A stretch of DNA of 64,000 nt from Desulfatiglandales bacterium (GTDB lineage Bacteria; Desulfobacterota; DSM-4660; Desulfatiglandales; HGW-15): positions 2,496,001 through 2,560,000 of the forward strand of contig CAXXJJ010000004.1 of assembly GCA_963667015.2 (NCBI GenBank). The letters run 5' to 3'. The position numbers were made by a program, and so were the translations under genes. Under the pieces are notes generated by a model, which did not search any database, had not been told where the DNA came from, and saw only the letters and a list, made by a program, of their open reading frames with translations. Positions 30,163 through 39,727 of the stretch are shown here, piece after piece. Every line of letters starts with the position of its first letter. The stretch's first letter is position 1.

Positions 30163-31899
30163 ATGAAGGAGGAAAACATGCCTCTAGGGAACAGTAAAGA
30201 AGTGGAAATCGTGAGGAGAAAGTTCCTGATAAACGCCGGTTTGATGGCCGCATTTCCTGCGGCATTAACTGTATTGCCGGCTGCCTGTACTGACGGCACG
30301 GAAAAGACCGCGAAAACAACAAGCGTTTCTCCCGGAAAGGCTGAATTGGAACTGCTCAGCCCCATGGGAGTAATCGATCCCCCTCCAATGCTTGGATTAT
30401 CCCCCCGCCTGAAGACCTTGGAAGGCAAAAGACTTGCTATGATTCATAACAATAAAGCTGGCGCAAAAGAGCTCCTGATTGCTGTTGAGGAGCAGCTGAA
30501 AGAAAAATATCCTTCAGCGACCTTTGTGCGGTTCGACACGACTATAGGTCTGGCGGACAAACCGGAAAAGTATGCAGAAATAGCCGAATCATGCGACGCC
30601 TTCATTCTTGGTGCTGGAGACTTAGGGACCTGTACATGGTGGGGCGTCTACCACTCAATACAAATAGAGAAGAATGGTAAACCAGGGGTATTCCTTGCCA
30701 CAGAAAATCTCATGAAAAACGCGGAATCATCTTCTTCTGACTGGGGCATGCCCGGATTTCGAACGATAGCATTGCCTCCCCGGGAATGGTACACACATCG
30801 GGGAACCGCGGAAGAAATGCTGCCTACCGCTGCCAAGCTTTTGAATGCCATTATTGATGGATTGACGCGTCCTCTGACAGAAAAGGAAGCCAATCCCAAA
30901 CAAAGGAAAAAAGAGATCTATCCGCCGATTACAGTCTCGGCGGATAGCTATGAAGCCGCGGTTGAAAAATTCAACGAAGTGTTTCTCGAAAATCACATGG
31001 GCGATGGATTGCCCTTGCTGCCTCCTACGGCAGAACGCGTTAAGTGGATGCTTTCCGGAACAAGCCGCGGTCCCGACGAAGTTCTCGGCAAGTGCCCCTT
31101 AAGATTCGGCAATGTCACGATAGAGAAGGTTGCCATTAACGCCGTCATGGCTGGCGCCAAGCCGGAATATCTGCCGGCGATCATCGCGGCGATGGATTGC
31201 TTTGTTGGGGAAAGTGGGCCCGGACAAAAAGGCGAATTTTTCTTCCATGTTTTGACATCAGGAGGCTCTTTTAACCTTATGATTCTGTTTAACGGTCCTC
31301 TGGCTAAAGAACTCAACATGAATTCCGGGCCGGGTTTTTTAGGGCACGGCTGGCGAGCCAACAATACCATTGGACGCGCCGTCCGATTAAGCACGATCAC
31401 CATAGGCCATTGTTGGCCGGCAGAGAACGACATGGCGCTGACCGGAAGGATAAATCCGCATACATGGATTACCTTTGCCGAGAATGAAACTGAAAGTCCC
31501 TGGGAGCCCTGTCATATGGGCAAGGGATTTGCAAAAGATGATAGCGTCGTTACAGTTTGCGAAATCAGCAGCAGCTTTTCCACATTTATCGCCGGCGTCA
31601 CAGCCTCCTGGACCGCCATGTCTATTTTGGACCAGATGGCGTCAAAGATGAGCAAGAGGGGCGGCTACATGGCGGTGTTCGCGCTGGAAGTCGCGGAGGA
31701 GTTGAAAAGACTGGGCTTCAACAGGAAGGATATACAGGAGTGGTTCCATCAAAAGACCGGTGTGGCCGCAGAGAATGTTAATGTTTTGGTAGCGGGTAGC
31801 GTTCCCGGATATTGCCTTTTATTTGGAATAACGGCTATGAACGCGCACGTTTCTAAAAAAATAACAGGAGCTACCCTTACCAAAGCGGGCCGTGCTTAA
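30163..31899 (+). CDS. UGSC-family (seleno)protein homologue, Tat lipoprotein, with Leu at the Sec position
   Basis: RRKFL + LPAAC; L..K.L....N.K; GD-L-GTC; GDGLP..PPT..RV, EKVAINAVMAG..PEY and N.TIGRA.RL motifs. Confidence 0.75.
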   Translation: MKEENMPLGNSKEVEIVRRKFLINAGLMAAFPAALTVLPAACTDGTEKTAKTTSVSPGKAELELLSPMGVIDPPPMLGLSPRLKTLEGKRLAMIHNNKAGAKELLIAVEEQLKEKYPSATFVRFDTTIGLADKPEKYAEIAESCDAFILGAGDLGTCTWWGVYHSIQIEKNGKPGVFLATENLMKNAESSSSDWGMPGFRTIALPPREWYTHRGTAEEMLPTAAKLLNAIIDGLTRPLTEKEANPKQRKKEIYPPITVSADSYEAAVEKFNEVFLENHMGDGLPLLPPTAERVKWMLSGTSRGPDEVLGKCPLRFGNVTIEKVAINAVMAGAKPEYLPAIIAAMDCFVGESGPGQKGEFFFHVLTSGGSFNLMILFNGPLAKELNMNSGPGFLGHGWRANNTIGRAVRLSTITIGHCWPAENDMALTGRINPHTWITFAENETESPWEPCHMGKGFAKDDSVVTVCEISSSFSTFIAGVTASWTAMSILDQMASKMSKRGGYMAVFALEVAEELKRLGFNRKDIQEWFHQKTGVAAENVNVLVAGSVPGYCLLFGITAMNAHVSKKITGATLTKAGRA

Positions 31900-32062
31900 T
31901 ATGTTGATGAGGAAAGAGCCGGAAGTAAATGTTAAGGGAGAACAAATGAAATGGATGATCTTAAATACAGTAAGTACTTACTTAATGAGCTACCCCTTGA
32001 AATAAGGAGCAGCGGCTGGGGAAGAGATTTTCAGTCTGGACAGATGACGATATCATAAAAGG

Positions 32063-32179
32063 GAGTCACTTTTTATGAAAATCCTGAAAATGACTATATG
32101 TAACAGCCTGAAATCACGAGACATAATTTTCAAGAAAAGCACTAAAATATCGAAAACTATAGTTACTTCTCACGAATCT
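32063..32179 (+). mobile_element. MITE-like remnant (copy 2)
   Basis: Homologous to the reverse complement of 15842-15939; ends ttacttctcacgaatc. Confidence 0.55.
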
Positions 32180-32211
32180 ATTTTGAGGTCCCTCTTTTTA
32201 TCAGTGCACTC

Positions 32212-32610
32212 TTAAATCCAGTTTTCAATAATTAAACCTTTAACCCTTTTGAATTCTTTTACATTATTTGTAACCAGTGTAAGATGACTGGAGAGAGAGA
32301 TGGAAGCAATCAACAGATCCATCGGTCCTATGGGAGTACCTTTCTTTTGTAAAGAAGACCTTATCTCCGCATATTGTCTACAGCATTTATTATCAAACGG
32401 AATTTGTTCAAAATTATGTATAAAAGCTTCTACAATTTCATGGTTTTTCTTTTTTGCATTGCTTTTTTCAGCACCAAAAAAAAGCTCAGCAACAGTTATT
32501 GAGCTTAGTTTAATATCTGCTGGTGAAAGACTTTTCATTCGGGTTATAATAGCTTCTGAAGATTTATTAAGGAAATAGATGCAGGTGTTTGTATCCAGAA
32601 GATACTTCAT
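32212..32610 (-). CDS. vapC: VapC PIN toxin
   Basis: YLLDTN, AEL..G, GTPIGPMDLLIA and LVTNN.KEF motifs. Confidence 0.95.
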   Translation of the reverse strand: MKYLLDTNTCIYFLNKSSEAIITRMKSLSPADIKLSSITVAELFFGAEKSNAKKKNHEIVEAFIHNFEQIPFDNKCCRQYAEIRSSLQKKGTPIGPMDLLIASISLSSHLTLVTNNVKEFKRVKGLIIENWI

Positions 32611-32855
32611 CTTTCAATTTCCTCTCTTTTTTCAAAAGTATCAGAACCATCACGGATTTCCTTTATTATTTCATCAGGATCTCTGCCGTCTTTCCAGCTT
32701 CCGGCCAGGTTAAAAAAATCTTCCGGCCATTGATCATCAATTTCTTTTTTAATAACATCCGCAATCCATTTTGATTTTGATTTTCCTGATGCTTTTACTA
32801 CCTTTTCGAGCTTTTCAGATAGCGCATCTTCTATGTAAATAGCTAATTGTGTCAT
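32607..32855 (-). CDS. CopG/RHH antitoxin
   Basis: MTQLAIYI..SKSKWI..WP..F..LAGSW; overlaps vapC. Confidence 0.8.
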   Translation of the reverse strand: MTQLAIYIEDALSEKLEKVVKASGKSKSKWIADVIKKEIDDQWPEDFFNLAGSWKDGRDPDEIIKEIRDGSDTFEKREEIER

Positions 32856-33122
32856 TTCCTGAGGCCTCCTCTTACTGGATAACACATATATTTACACATA
32901 TACTTTAAACTGTCAATTAAATGCCTGTGAATCCTGATCATCTCTAATCTAATTTGTGAAAAAAAAGCGGGGTCAGGTCTACACTCTTGACAGTACCCCA
33001 AAACTATAAATTAAAAACAACTGGATTCCCGCTTTCGCGCAGAGATGTGCTTTAGTACATCGCACAAGCCATTCCGCAGATTGACGCAGAGATTGTGAAA
33101 AAGAGCCGTTTATGGATGGAAA

Positions 33123-33989
33123 CTAGATAACCTTTATCCGCCGCACCAGACTTGTAAAAAAATCTTTTGACCAGATATTAAGATCATCAGGTTGTTTTAC
33201 AAAAGGTTGCACCTCTTTTCTCGCTTCATCAATTCGGAAGGAATTTATCCGGTTAATCAGTAATTCCCGAAAGATTTTTTCAGTCAGATTCTTTCCCTCT
33301 TCCCAGTAACCGGTTTGAATCATACGGCTTTCAAGGTGTTTTAAATGAAGTTCAGGATAGTTTGCTGCATACCATATAAGATCATACCAGTCCCTGCCCT
33401 TTACATGGCTCTTCCAGTTTCTAAAAAGTACAGCGTGCATTTTACCAGCAAACAGATCAGGCAGTGTATATACACGAACAGAAAAAGGGATTGGCTGCAG
33501 CAGATAGCGTGTCTCTGTCTTAAAATCCGCAGGAGGATCAGTATCAATTTCAATTTTTATTTTAAGTATTTTACCTTTTGGCACCACGTTTATGATTTCC
33601 TCTCCTGTTTCAAACTGCAGCATTTGTTTTCTTGTATCAGCTTTAAGAAATGCTGACATTACAGGCGAATCATATACCTTTTCCACTTCATCAAACTTGA
33701 GCTCAAAACCAAAGGCCTGTGCTTCTTTAAGAATGTATTCTCCGTATCCGGACAGGTCAAATTCTTCCGAAGGGTTCAACAGCGAAAAATCCATATCCTC
33801 GGAAAAACGATCAAGACCATGAAGAATTCTTAAGGATGTTCCACCATAGAATGCAGCTTTTTCAAAAAATTTACCACGCCACAGGCCAAGCAGTGCGATT
33901 TCCTGAAGGATTTCTCTTAACGCATTTGTATAATCAGTCATGCCCCTGCAGTTGTATTTGTCAAGCATACTCTTTAAGGCCTTATGCAT
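33123..33989 (-). CDS. abiEii: AbiEii nucleotidyltransferase toxin (type IV TA)
   Basis: FYGGTSLR...RFSEDMDF, KMHA..R and KGRDWYDL motifs. Confidence 0.9.
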   Translation of the reverse strand: MHKALKSMLDKYNCRGMTDYTNALREILQEIALLGLWRGKFFEKAAFYGGTSLRILHGLDRFSEDMDFSLLNPSEEFDLSGYGEYILKEAQAFGFELKFDEVEKVYDSPVMSAFLKADTRKQMLQFETGEEIINVVPKGKILKIKIEIDTDPPADFKTETRYLLQPIPFSVRVYTLPDLFAGKMHAVLFRNWKSHVKGRDWYDLIWYAANYPELHLKHLESRMIQTGYWEEGKNLTEKIFRELLINRINSFRIDEARKEVQPFVKQPDDLNIWSKDFFTSLVRRIKVI

Positions 33990-34644
33990 GTCTGCGCCCC
34001 TGTTGCTGCATATTATTTTTTTGAATAAACTTGATCAGCTTTTTGAGTTTTCCTGAAGAATATCTCTCTGCGATATCATCAAGTACGTCAGTATTCATAG
34101 AGAGTAAATTTACCATATCAATCCTGAGGTCATTTTCCAGGTAGTCCAGTAATTTCTTTTGTGTTCTGACAGTCGCCCCGCGATCGGAAATAATCTTGTC
34201 GGCCAGGGCTTTTTCAGGAGTAGCTATCAGGAAGGCTGTGCCATCCTTAAGTTCTACCCTGTCCATTCCGGTGCTCAGGGCATAAACCGGTATCTGACGA
34301 TATGTAAACATACCTGCTGGAGTTGAGAAATTCCGTGATCTTCCGGAAGTGACAGAAGTCACAGCTTCGACCCGCTCAGGTATCAGCCCGTAATACTGCA
34401 GGGCATATTCAAGGGAAATATATGAAGGGCCGTAAATCAGGTTTGCAAGTAATTCTTTTGAATAGGGTCTTCTCCTGTATGCTTCACCAAAGATATACAG
34501 ACCTTTCTTAACCCTGATAATAATTCCTTTCCTCAAGAGCTGAGTTATTTTTGTGCGCGGATTTGAGTATCCTTCAAGGCAGTCAATCAGGGTTTGATAA
34601 TCAAATTCCTCCCCTTCTATCCTTTTTCTCAAGATTTCTATCAT
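33982..34644 (-). CDS. abiEi: AbiEi-type antitoxin/regulator
   Basis: RVKKGLY, PSYISLEYAL.YYGLIPE and ATPEKALAD motifs. Confidence 0.88.
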   Translation of the reverse strand: MIEILRKRIEGEEFDYQTLIDCLEGYSNPRTKITQLLRKGIIIRVKKGLYIFGEAYRRRPYSKELLANLIYGPSYISLEYALQYYGLIPERVEAVTSVTSGRSRNFSTPAGMFTYRQIPVYALSTGMDRVELKDGTAFLIATPEKALADKIISDRGATVRTQKKLLDYLENDLRIDMVNLLSMNTDVLDDIAERYSSGKLKKLIKFIQKNNMQQQGRRHA

Positions 34645-34687
34645 AATGCAGTGACCTGTAATTTTTTTGACAATAATGGCAATATTT

Positions 34688-34722
34688 ACATAGTATGTCC
34701 ACATATTATAGACATACTATGT
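34688..34722. promoter_or_regulatory. 12-bp inverted-repeat operator of the abiE operon
   Basis: acatagtatgtc N11 gacatactatgt upstream of abiEi. Confidence 0.7.
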
Positions 34723-34856
34723 GTAAACAGGTCATTTTTTAACTAATTGGGTGATTTGACCCGTTACCACTCAACAATACCGGATAGTCCTAAACAGTAA
34801 ACAGGGACCTTAAAATATAAAGCTTCTATAATTTTTGAAAGTCATCCACTTTAAAA

Positions 34857-35080
34857 AACCAAAAACAACTGGATTCCATAGTCGTAGCCGTGGAATGACG
34901 CCAAGGAAATTATTTGGAAAAACATAAGGCAACACGCCTATAGCGCTTTAAAGCAGTTATTCGTTGTTTCTGAAATGATACAATGGATTAGATTTAAGAC
35001 TAATGGATTGAAAAAGAAAGGGAAAATATAGAGGTCAGGGGAAAACTAGGCTGAAGCTTTTTAGGCTGTAGGCTGTTAGG
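34857..35080 (-). repeat. Repeated promoter/leader module, copy 5
   Basis: acaactggattcc..gtggaatgacg..gcgctttaa..gactaatggattgaaaaagaaaggg..ggctgaagctttttaggctgtaggctgttagg. Confidence 0.75.
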
Positions 35081-35160
35081 GGGGGGGCAGAAGTTAGATG
35101 TCTGATACCTGAGGTCGGAAGTGCTACAGTGTGAAAGTACACAATCATAAATCCATCCGG

Positions 35161-35460
35161 CTATCTTTTTTTCCAATAACCGGGTTTGCGTTTAGAATGA
35201 GCAACTGCAACAATCTGAATTTTATTTTCAAAATTGCGATAAATAAGGCTGAATGGAAATCTTGGAAAAATATACCGGCGAGTACCAGCGTCATATTGGG
35301 GCCACATATCAGGAGATTCTTCGACCTGATCTACAGCATGGATGAGTTCTGCAATGAAAGATCTGGATGCTACCAGACTCCTTTCAGCATACCACTCCTT
35401 TGCAGCTTCAACCTCCATTAGAGCAGAAGGATGAAATTCGATAGCCTTTTTAGCCGTCAT
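35161..35460 (-). CDS. RelE/ParE family toxin
   Basis: FHPSA..E..A..WY, RFPFSLIY and AVAH.KRKPGYW motifs. Confidence 0.9.
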   Translation of the reverse strand: MTAKKAIEFHPSALMEVEAAKEWYAERSLVASRSFIAELIHAVDQVEESPDMWPQYDAGTRRYIFPRFPFSLIYRNFENKIQIVAVAHSKRKPGYWKKR

Positions 35461-35683
35461 TTCGTTTTAAAAGAAGAGCTTTCACATTTTCCCATGGAAT
35501 AGCTATTACCTCTCCAGAATCTAATTCTTTTACCCGCTTTGCTACTTCAGCTTTCCAGACAGATTCGATCTCTTCAATAGGTGTATCGTCAAGGCTTTCA
35601 ATTAATAGGCCAGCCAAAGCAGCCCGATCTTTTTCATTCAGCCCAAGTGCTTTCTTGAACAAATCATTTGTTAATACTTCCAT
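35450..35683 (-). CDS. Addiction-module antitoxin (TIGR02574-like)
   Basis: AL.L...DRA.LA..L..SLD..W..E..KR...G...IPW pattern. Confidence 0.88.
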   Translation of the reverse strand: MEVLTNDLFKKALGLNEKDRAALAGLLIESLDDTPIEEIESVWKAEVAKRVKELDSGEVIAIPWENVKALLLKRNDG

Positions 35684-35790
35684 GATCGGGAACAATCCTC
35701 CTGTTTTCTATGGTATAGACGCTATAATATATTATTAGCCTGAAGATTTAAAGCTCTAAAAAATAGGCGGTTTTCGATGTAATGTAGGCT

Positions 35791-35853
35791 TCCGCCGTCG
35801 CTAAAGCTACCGTCTTCTCATAAAGATACGCAGCGACAAGATGGCGGGAAGAG
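35791..35853 (+). repeat. Doubly nested mini-element
   Basis: tccgccgtcgctaaagct[accgtcttctcataaagatacgcagcgacaag]atggcgggaagag. Confidence 0.75.
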
Positions 35854-35894
35854 GTAGGCTCTTAGGGATGCTGATTCAAAATTCAATATTCAAG

Positions 35895-35992
35895 CCCGGT
35901 GAAATTCGCTCCGCGGTCATAATTATGAATTTCACTGGCTAACCTTGTTAAATGCTGCTTCGCATCCCGCTATGCGGATTTAACTGGGTAAA
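35895..35992 (+). repeat. Two tandem ~50-bp palindromic elements (related copy at 27147-27196)
   Basis: cc.tgttaaat...gcatcccgct.tgcggatttaactgggtaaa is nearly identical at 27147 and 35943. Confidence 0.75.
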
Positions 35993-35994
35993 AA

Positions 35995-36085
35995 ATTTAA
36001 GATTAATGGATTGAAAAAGAAAGGGAAAAGATAGAGGTCAGTGGAAAGACAGACTGAAGCTTTTCAGGCTGAAGGCTGTTAGAGA
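35995..36085 (-). repeat. Repeated promoter module, copy 6 (partial)
   Basis: atttaagattaatggattgaaaaagaaagggaaaa..agaggtcag..ctgaagctttt.aggctg.aggctgttag. Confidence 0.7.
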
Positions 36086-36105
36086 AAACAAAAAACAGAC
36101 GTCAA

Positions 36106-36202
36106 CCGGCTTCGTTCTGAGACTTCCGTCTTCGCTTGAAGCTTCAGTCTTCGCTTGAAGCTACACCTTGACAAGACGCCTTGACAAGACGCTGTGCCAG
36201 GG
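36106..36202 (+). repeat. Triply nested mini-element
   Basis: ccggcttcgttctgagact[tccgtcttcgcttgaagct[tcagtcttcgcttgaagctacaccttgacaag]acgccttgacaag]acgctgtgccaggg. Confidence 0.8.
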
Positions 36203-36221
36203 AGATCGGAAGCCAAAATGA

Positions 36222-36250
36222 AAAGAGGCGAACTTTAAGTTCGCCCCTTT
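36222..36250 (-). terminator. Intrinsic terminator
   Basis: aaagaggcgaact ttaa gttcgcccctttt hairpin just past the stop of the 36260 gene. Confidence 0.7.
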
Positions 36251-36259
36251 ATATTAAAA

Positions 36260-36697
36260 CTATTTTACGCGTTTTGCGATTAGTGGTGGTCTCTCCATTC
36301 CTCCGCCACCGGGGCCGCCCATGCCGCCTCCCATATCCATCTTGAGTGTCAGAACATCACCTTCAAATGTTCCGGAGTAATTGATTTTCATCTCATTCTG
36401 GCCCATGTTTACCTTGACTGAAAAGGAAATTTTGTTCCCGTCAATCTTTCCATCGAGAATTTCATTAGGTCCCATTGGGCCTGTATCTATTCCAGTCAGC
36501 TTATTGCCGTCGGCCTTGAAGTCAAAGGTGAATTTCATCGGGCCGCCTGCTCCGCCACCGGGACCGCCTGCTCCACCGCCAGGTCCGCCTTGTGCTTCCA
36601 TCTCGGCTACCCATTTTCCTGTAATGCCACCGGCAAAGGATGGAACTGCAAAAAGACAAAAAGCGGCTACTAAAACTGCAATCATTTTTAAACGCAT
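36260..36697 (-). CDS. Secreted hypothetical protein with Gly-rich linkers
   Basis: Signal peptide ending SFA; GKW...DGNKLTG...GKIDGNKISF pattern; GGAGG RBS. Confidence 0.75.
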   Translation of the reverse strand: MRLKMIAVLVAAFCLFAVPSFAGGITGKWVAEMEAQGGPGGGAGGPGGGAGGPMKFTFDFKADGNKLTGIDTGPMGPNEILDGKIDGNKISFSVKVNMGQNEMKINYSGTFEGDVLTLKMDMGGGMGGPGGGGMERPPLIAKRVK

Positions 36698-36939
36698 ACT
36701 CTTTCCTCCTTCTTTTAATAGGGGTAATTTGAGGTCCATTACTGACACTCGATTCGAAAAACCACAATGATGGGAATACTGAACAGAATGATATTGGGGC
36801 TCTTTGTTTTTGTCAAGAACTGTATTTAAAAAACAGGGCAAATAAGGCGCAAACACCTGAAATATGCACAAAAAATTTAATTATTTTGAAAAAGTGTCAG
36901 ATTCAACTTAAGAGGTTGATTTATACTATTACCTTAAAT

Positions 36940-38949
36940 TTATGGACGAGGACCATAGAGAGGCAAAGGCTGACCACACTCTAAGGCTCCAAGGTCCGGT
37001 GCACTGCCGGTAAAGTCATCGTTAACGTTAGGGAGGAGGCACCCCCTGTCAACTGCTGCGGCGTCTGGTTTAAGCCGAAAATCCAGCTTTTCAAACATAT
37101 AAACTCTTGTTGGGTCAGTCATATCAGCTTTTGGTACGTTCTCAAATATATCATAATCCACCAGTATCCCGTTGCACTCCTGACCTGCTGCATTACAGAG
37201 TTCCTGAAGGGTTCCGAAGGCCCGCACCTCCCGGGGAGTCTCATAATCTCTCATAACGTCAAAGGAAGGGGAGTTCCAGACGAACTGCATCTCATACCCT
37301 TCATTGGGACGAAACCCGTTAAAATCGGACGTTGTGTAATTAGTGTAGGTGTCCATGAAGAAAATCCCTCTAAAATCGGCAGGAAGATGATTGCTTTGAA
37401 TCAGGGGGTTCTCTCCAAGAATGAGGTTATTACGGAGCTGCAGGTTAGAAGCCCCTGTCATCACTGATGGTGTCCCAACAGTTACTTCAGCGCAAAAGGT
37501 ATTGTGATACAGGATTAAGCCTGCTGAATTGCCATAGAACTTTGTTACTCCCCGTTCAGGAACATGGTAAACGATATTGCGTATGAAATACACAGGTCCC
37601 CCGCCGAGTGGGGCAGTCGGATAGACATTAAGCGGAATATGAGCGGCATTGATCATCACATTGCGCAAAACACGGATGTTGTGAGAATAATCGTTAAGCT
37701 GCAGCGCATTGTCAGATATATTGGAAATAAGATTGTTGTAGATGTCGAGTGATCGGGGCTCAAAATCAGAATCCATAGTATTAAGCAGGGCACCTATTCC
37801 GTCAAGGAAACCGGTAACGTAATTGTGGCACACAACGTGACCATTCCCGTGAAGGGAGATCCCCATATAAGAACCTTCAGGACCATTTATTCTTGCGGGG
37901 TAGCCGGGGAAATTCTGCCACGGAACGCCTGCGCCTTCGATCCACCCTACCAGTCTTGTCGGGTTATATCGGCCGATTATCTCGTTATCTGCGATGTAAA
38001 AATCCTTTGATCCGGCGTAACCGGTCTTAATACCATAACCGACATTCTCAATGCGACAATTTTTGACTGTCAATCCACTGCATCCAGCCGTATGACTTAA
38101 ACCGGCAAGAAAGGCCAGATCGGTATTACGTATGGTAAGACCCTCGAAGTACAGATAATCTGCCATCATAACATCGAAGAGGTTAGAACAACCATTACCA
38201 TCGAAGATTACTTCACCATCACCTGCGCCCTTTATCGCAATAGGCTTCCCGGGTGTACCGCTCCGGAGAAACCTGTAGGTTCCGAAGAAGTCTAATCCGT
38301 AATTCTGGCCGCCAATACGTTTGCCGGGCACTTTATGACCGCCGAACAGGGTATAGTCATCTTCGTAGACGCCAGCATGCACCAGGATGGTATTGCCGGG
38401 CTGAACTATCCTTAAAGCAGCTCCCAGTCCTGTAAAGGCCGGCTGCTCCTTAGAACCCTGATAACCATGGGGGTATACGTGCAGGATATTCCCGCCCACA
38501 AAGGGTTTCGGTTCAGCACGGGTGCGCACGGTTACTTTATTATGGGCCGCGCCACTTACACCATCAGGATCAGACATATCGAACTGACACTCATACTGTG
38601 TATCAGGCTCTAAATCGAATATACTTCCGGTAAACATGTTGGGAGCCGCACCCGAAAAACCATTGCCGACCTTTTCATTCTGGAGACGAAAAAGCGGCAG
38701 CGCCTCTTTCCATTCCATATCTCCTTTCCTGCGGTACCTGACTTTTACAGCAGCATTACGATTCTCATCACCCTCGATATACCATCCAAAGGCAAGGGAA
38801 ATAAGGGTAGCAGGCTCAATGACAAACTCTCCCGGTTTAACCATATTGGGCTTTGCCGCAAATAAAGTACCGGCGCCAAAGGTGGATAGGTCCCACATAA
38901 GTAGAATAGCAACTGAAATCAAAATAAATAAACTTTTTTTCGTTTCCAT
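36940..38949 (-). CDS. Secreted right-handed parallel beta-helix protein (pectin-lyase-like) with FN3-like N-terminus
   Basis: Signal peptide, LEPDTQY, repeated xxNxI turns, C-terminal APDLGALE. Confidence 0.8.
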   Translation of the reverse strand: METKKSLFILISVAILLMWDLSTFGAGTLFAAKPNMVKPGEFVIEPATLISLAFGWYIEGDENRNAAVKVRYRRKGDMEWKEALPLFRLQNEKVGNGFSGAAPNMFTGSIFDLEPDTQYECQFDMSDPDGVSGAAHNKVTVRTRAEPKPFVGGNILHVYPHGYQGSKEQPAFTGLGAALRIVQPGNTILVHAGVYEDDYTLFGGHKVPGKRIGGQNYGLDFFGTYRFLRSGTPGKPIAIKGAGDGEVIFDGNGCSNLFDVMMADYLYFEGLTIRNTDLAFLAGLSHTAGCSGLTVKNCRIENVGYGIKTGYAGSKDFYIADNEIIGRYNPTRLVGWIEGAGVPWQNFPGYPARINGPEGSYMGISLHGNGHVVCHNYVTGFLDGIGALLNTMDSDFEPRSLDIYNNLISNISDNALQLNDYSHNIRVLRNVMINAAHIPLNVYPTAPLGGGPVYFIRNIVYHVPERGVTKFYGNSAGLILYHNTFCAEVTVGTPSVMTGASNLQLRNNLILGENPLIQSNHLPADFRGIFFMDTYTNYTTSDFNGFRPNEGYEMQFVWNSPSFDVMRDYETPREVRAFGTLQELCNAAGQECNGILVDYDIFENVPKADMTDPTRVYMFEKLDFRLKPDAAAVDRGCLLPNVNDDFTGSAPDLGALECGQPLPLYGPRP

Positions 38950-39231
38950 GGTGAACCTCCTTTAACGGTCAAAGCGAAGAGTGGGGGTGTAAGATTATTA
39001 TGAATTTTAATGAATAAAATGCATAATAATTCATAATTATTCAATAAAAAATCAGCTTATTGAAATGGATTCGGAATACAACCCGGATGATGCGGGCAGC
39101 AACAGGAAGAGGGACATATAGCCCGGATGAAGGTTACCTCTGATTCTTCTTGACTAATTTTTCGGCCTGCTCTATAGAAATCTGCCGATTTTGAATCGTA
39201 TATATATTCTAATTATGTGAGGTGAGGTATA

Positions 39232-39603
39232 GTGTTTAATCCGTGCTTGAGCTGCGGTGCCTGCTGTGCCTTGTTTCGCGCGTCCTTTTACTGGGCGGAA
39301 ACATCCGAATTTACGCCGGGAGGCGTACCGGCAGAACTGACTGTCAAAATTAATGATTTTTTTGTTGCCATGAAAGGGTCCGATAAGGCCCCTCCACGCT
39401 GTGACTGCCTTATTGGTGAAATAGGCGATAGAGTTTACTGCAAAATCTATGAAAACCGCTCTTCAATCTGCAGGGAATTCAAACCTGCCTGGGAAAATAA
39501 TGAGCCGTCACCAAGGTGTGATTCAGCGCGTATCAAATGGGGCCTGAAACCGCTTACCCCTGATTCATGGATCTCTCCTGAAGGATTTCCAAAGGCAGCC
39601 TGA
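39232..39603 (+). CDS. YkgJ family Fe-S/Zn cysteine cluster protein
   Basis: CLSCGACC ... C..L ... C.IY..R...CR.F. Confidence 0.88.
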   Translation: MFNPCLSCGACCALFRASFYWAETSEFTPGGVPAELTVKINDFFVAMKGSDKAPPRCDCLIGEIGDRVYCKIYENRSSICREFKPAWENNEPSPRCDSARIKWGLKPLTPDSWISPEGFPKAA

Positions 39604-39609
39604 TTTTGA

Positions 39610-39636
39610 TAGAGACAGGTTTGAAACCTGTCTCTA
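39610..39636. repeat. REP-like palindrome
   Basis: tagagacaggttt g aaacctgtctcta. Confidence 0.6.
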
Positions 39637-39727
39637 TATTCAATAAATTCTACAAAATGCCTTTTTAAAAGGCCTGAAAATCTGATATAGAAACTGAATC
39701 TCTATACTATCGGACAGGCTTTATACA

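Noticed and set aside
31951..32058. Short ORF MDDLKYSKY... after the UGSC gene, perhaps a truncated cupin-like gene
   Set aside because: Only about 35 codons; the similarity is too weak to support a call
27104..36202. Repeats as a CRISPR array
   Set aside because: Irregular spacing, divergent copies, genes between them and no cas genes
36297..36590. GGPGGG repeats as a DNA repeat element
   Set aside because: They are in-frame Gly-rich linkers of a secreted protein
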